From positions 1 through 24,398 of the IMG/VR virus record IMGVR_UViG_3300020044_006406: a DNA stretch of 24,398 nt. One strand, given 5' to 3'. Positions 23,349-24,398 of this stretch are shown here, piece after piece. The translations under genes and the position numbers were made by a program. This stretch comes from a virus (taxonomy: Duplodnaviria > Caudoviricetes). Each line of letters begins with the position of its first letter. The stretch's first letter is position 1. The notes under the pieces are model-generated. The model did no database searches, had not been told where the DNA came from, and was given only the letters and a program-made list of their open reading frames with translations.

Positions 23349-24276
23349 AGCAGACTTATTAGGAACAGGATTGGAAGCAACAGCTTTCGATTGGGATAGA
23401 GTAGAAACAATTGAGCTTTCTGCAAGAAGTTATGTTTATCCAACAGCAACAGACCAAACATTAGCGTCTGTTCAAGCAGCTCAAGTAAATAACGACTTAA
23501 TTATCCTTCAAGGAATTAAATCTTTCAAAATTACTGCTGTTGAGCCACAAATCAATACAGCTGATGGTTCAGGTTACAAGACAGTAACAGGAGAACTTCC
23601 TTACGAATATGAAGTAATGTTTGATAACAACGGTGTAAACATTTGGAAAGCGTTAAGAAAACTTAACTCTAAAGATGCTTACAACTGTGCGTTTTATGAT
23701 GTTGAAGGAAACAAAATTTTCACAACTAACAAAGCAGGTACAGTATTCAAAGGATTCCAAACTAAAATGTTGTTCACAGGACAGTACAAAGGTAAAGAAG
23801 GAAATAACCCTGCTGAGGTTAAAATGAATATTCAATTAGCTGATACAGGAGAAATGGAAAGACAAGTATGGATTTCAGGAGATACTCTTGATTTTGATGC
23901 TAAATCTGACTTAGATGGTATCAACGATTTGTATCTTGGAACTACAACTACGGTTACAGCCGCTTCAACTTCTTGGGCGTTTACTAACACATTAGCAGAC
24001 CGTTCTCAATATGTTGCAGGTATTCCATTAGCCAACTGGGCAATTAGAAAAGTAGCTACTTCAGGTGGTGCTGTTACTTACATCATTCCAAGTGCAGTAG
24101 TTGAAAATCCAGTAACTAAAACTTACACGCTTACTCATACTGCAATTGGAGCAGGATTTACAGCTTCAGTTATTACAGCTACTACTCCTACTGTAAGTTC
24201 AATTGCTTCTAATACGATTCAATTAACTGCTACTAAATTGCTTTACAAAGGAGCATCAGCAGGTGTTGTATTGTAG
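23308..24276 (+). CDS. Major tail tube protein (putative) with Thr/Ala-rich C-terminal domain
   Basis: 322 aa, beta-rich, followed by a terminator; synteny. Confidence 0.6.
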   Translation: MPLANQIIVVPSSKADLLGTGLEATAFDWDRVETIELSARSYVYPTATDQTLASVQAAQVNNDLIILQGIKSFKITAVEPQINTADGSGYKTVTGELPYEYEVMFDNNGVNIWKALRKLNSKDAYNCAFYDVEGNKIFTTNKAGTVFKGFQTKMLFTGQYKGKEGNNPAEVKMNIQLADTGEMERQVWISGDTLDFDAKSDLDGINDLYLGTTTTVTAASTSWAFTNTLADRSQYVAGIPLANWAIRKVATSGGAVTYIIPSAVVENPVTKTYTLTHTAIGAGFTASVITATTPTVSSIASNTIQLTATKLLYKGASAGVVL

Positions 24277-24300
24277 TATTTAGATTAGATTATTTTATTA

Positions 24301-24331
24301 GACCCGATATAAATTTATATCGGGTTTTCTT
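24301..24331 (+). terminator. Intrinsic terminator
   Basis: ACCCGATATAAATTTATATCGGGT perfect palindrome (24302-24325) followed by TTTCTT. Confidence 0.8.
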
Positions 24332-24362
24332 ATTTTACATATTAATTAAGTATCTTTGTATT

Positions 24363-24398
24363 ATGGCAACAACAGTTAGAGATTATATAGATAAAGCA
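24363..24398 (+). CDS. 5' end of the next gene (MATTVRDYIDKA...), truncated by the window edge
   Basis: ATG 4 nt after a TATCTTTG promoter element (24351-24358). Confidence 0.6.
   Translation, partial: MATTVRDYIDKA

Noticed and set aside
7909-23835. Other short antisense ORFs in the track (7909, 10620, 11853, 12523, 14602, 15774, 15904, 16296, 16789, 17315, 19053, 19552, 21250, 23653)
   Set aside because: Each overlaps a better-supported gene on the opposite strand.
200-24276. Stop-codon reassignment or prophage status
   Set aside because: TAA, TAG and TGA all end genes normally with long intact ORFs; no integrase, repressor or host genes are seen in the window, though the rest of the genome is not visible.

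Overview
AT-rich fragment of a tailed dsDNA phage, most likely infecting Bacteroidota (Flavobacteriaceae-like). The host call rests on repeated TAnnTTTG promoter elements, A-rich leaders without Shine-Dalgarno sites and a BT4734/VirE-N-type primase. The window holds an apparently complete ~15 kb leftward early/replication arm (200-15250): metallophosphoesterase, VRR-NUC, GIY-YIG and HNH endonucleases, SF2 helicase, primase-helicase, C5 methyltransferase, SSB-like protein, YqaJ exonuclease, pentapeptide-repeat protein and many small ORFs. A divergent control region follows, then the start of the rightward virion arm (TerS, TerL, portal, scaffold, capsid, neck, tail tube). I see no integrase, repressor or DNA polymerase. 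The most interesting signal is non-coding: (1) two sequence-unrelated copies of one kissing-loop/UGAU-UGAU leader RNA with near-identical geometry; (2) an integron-type attC site with a matching cassette start, i.e. a 618-bp gene cassette in the phage with inverted genes; (3) two tRNA-like RNAs with intact acceptor and T arms but 4-nt anticodon loops; (4) several further pseudoknots and hairpin clusters. All calls come from reading by eye; no searches or folding programs were run, so novelty is untested.
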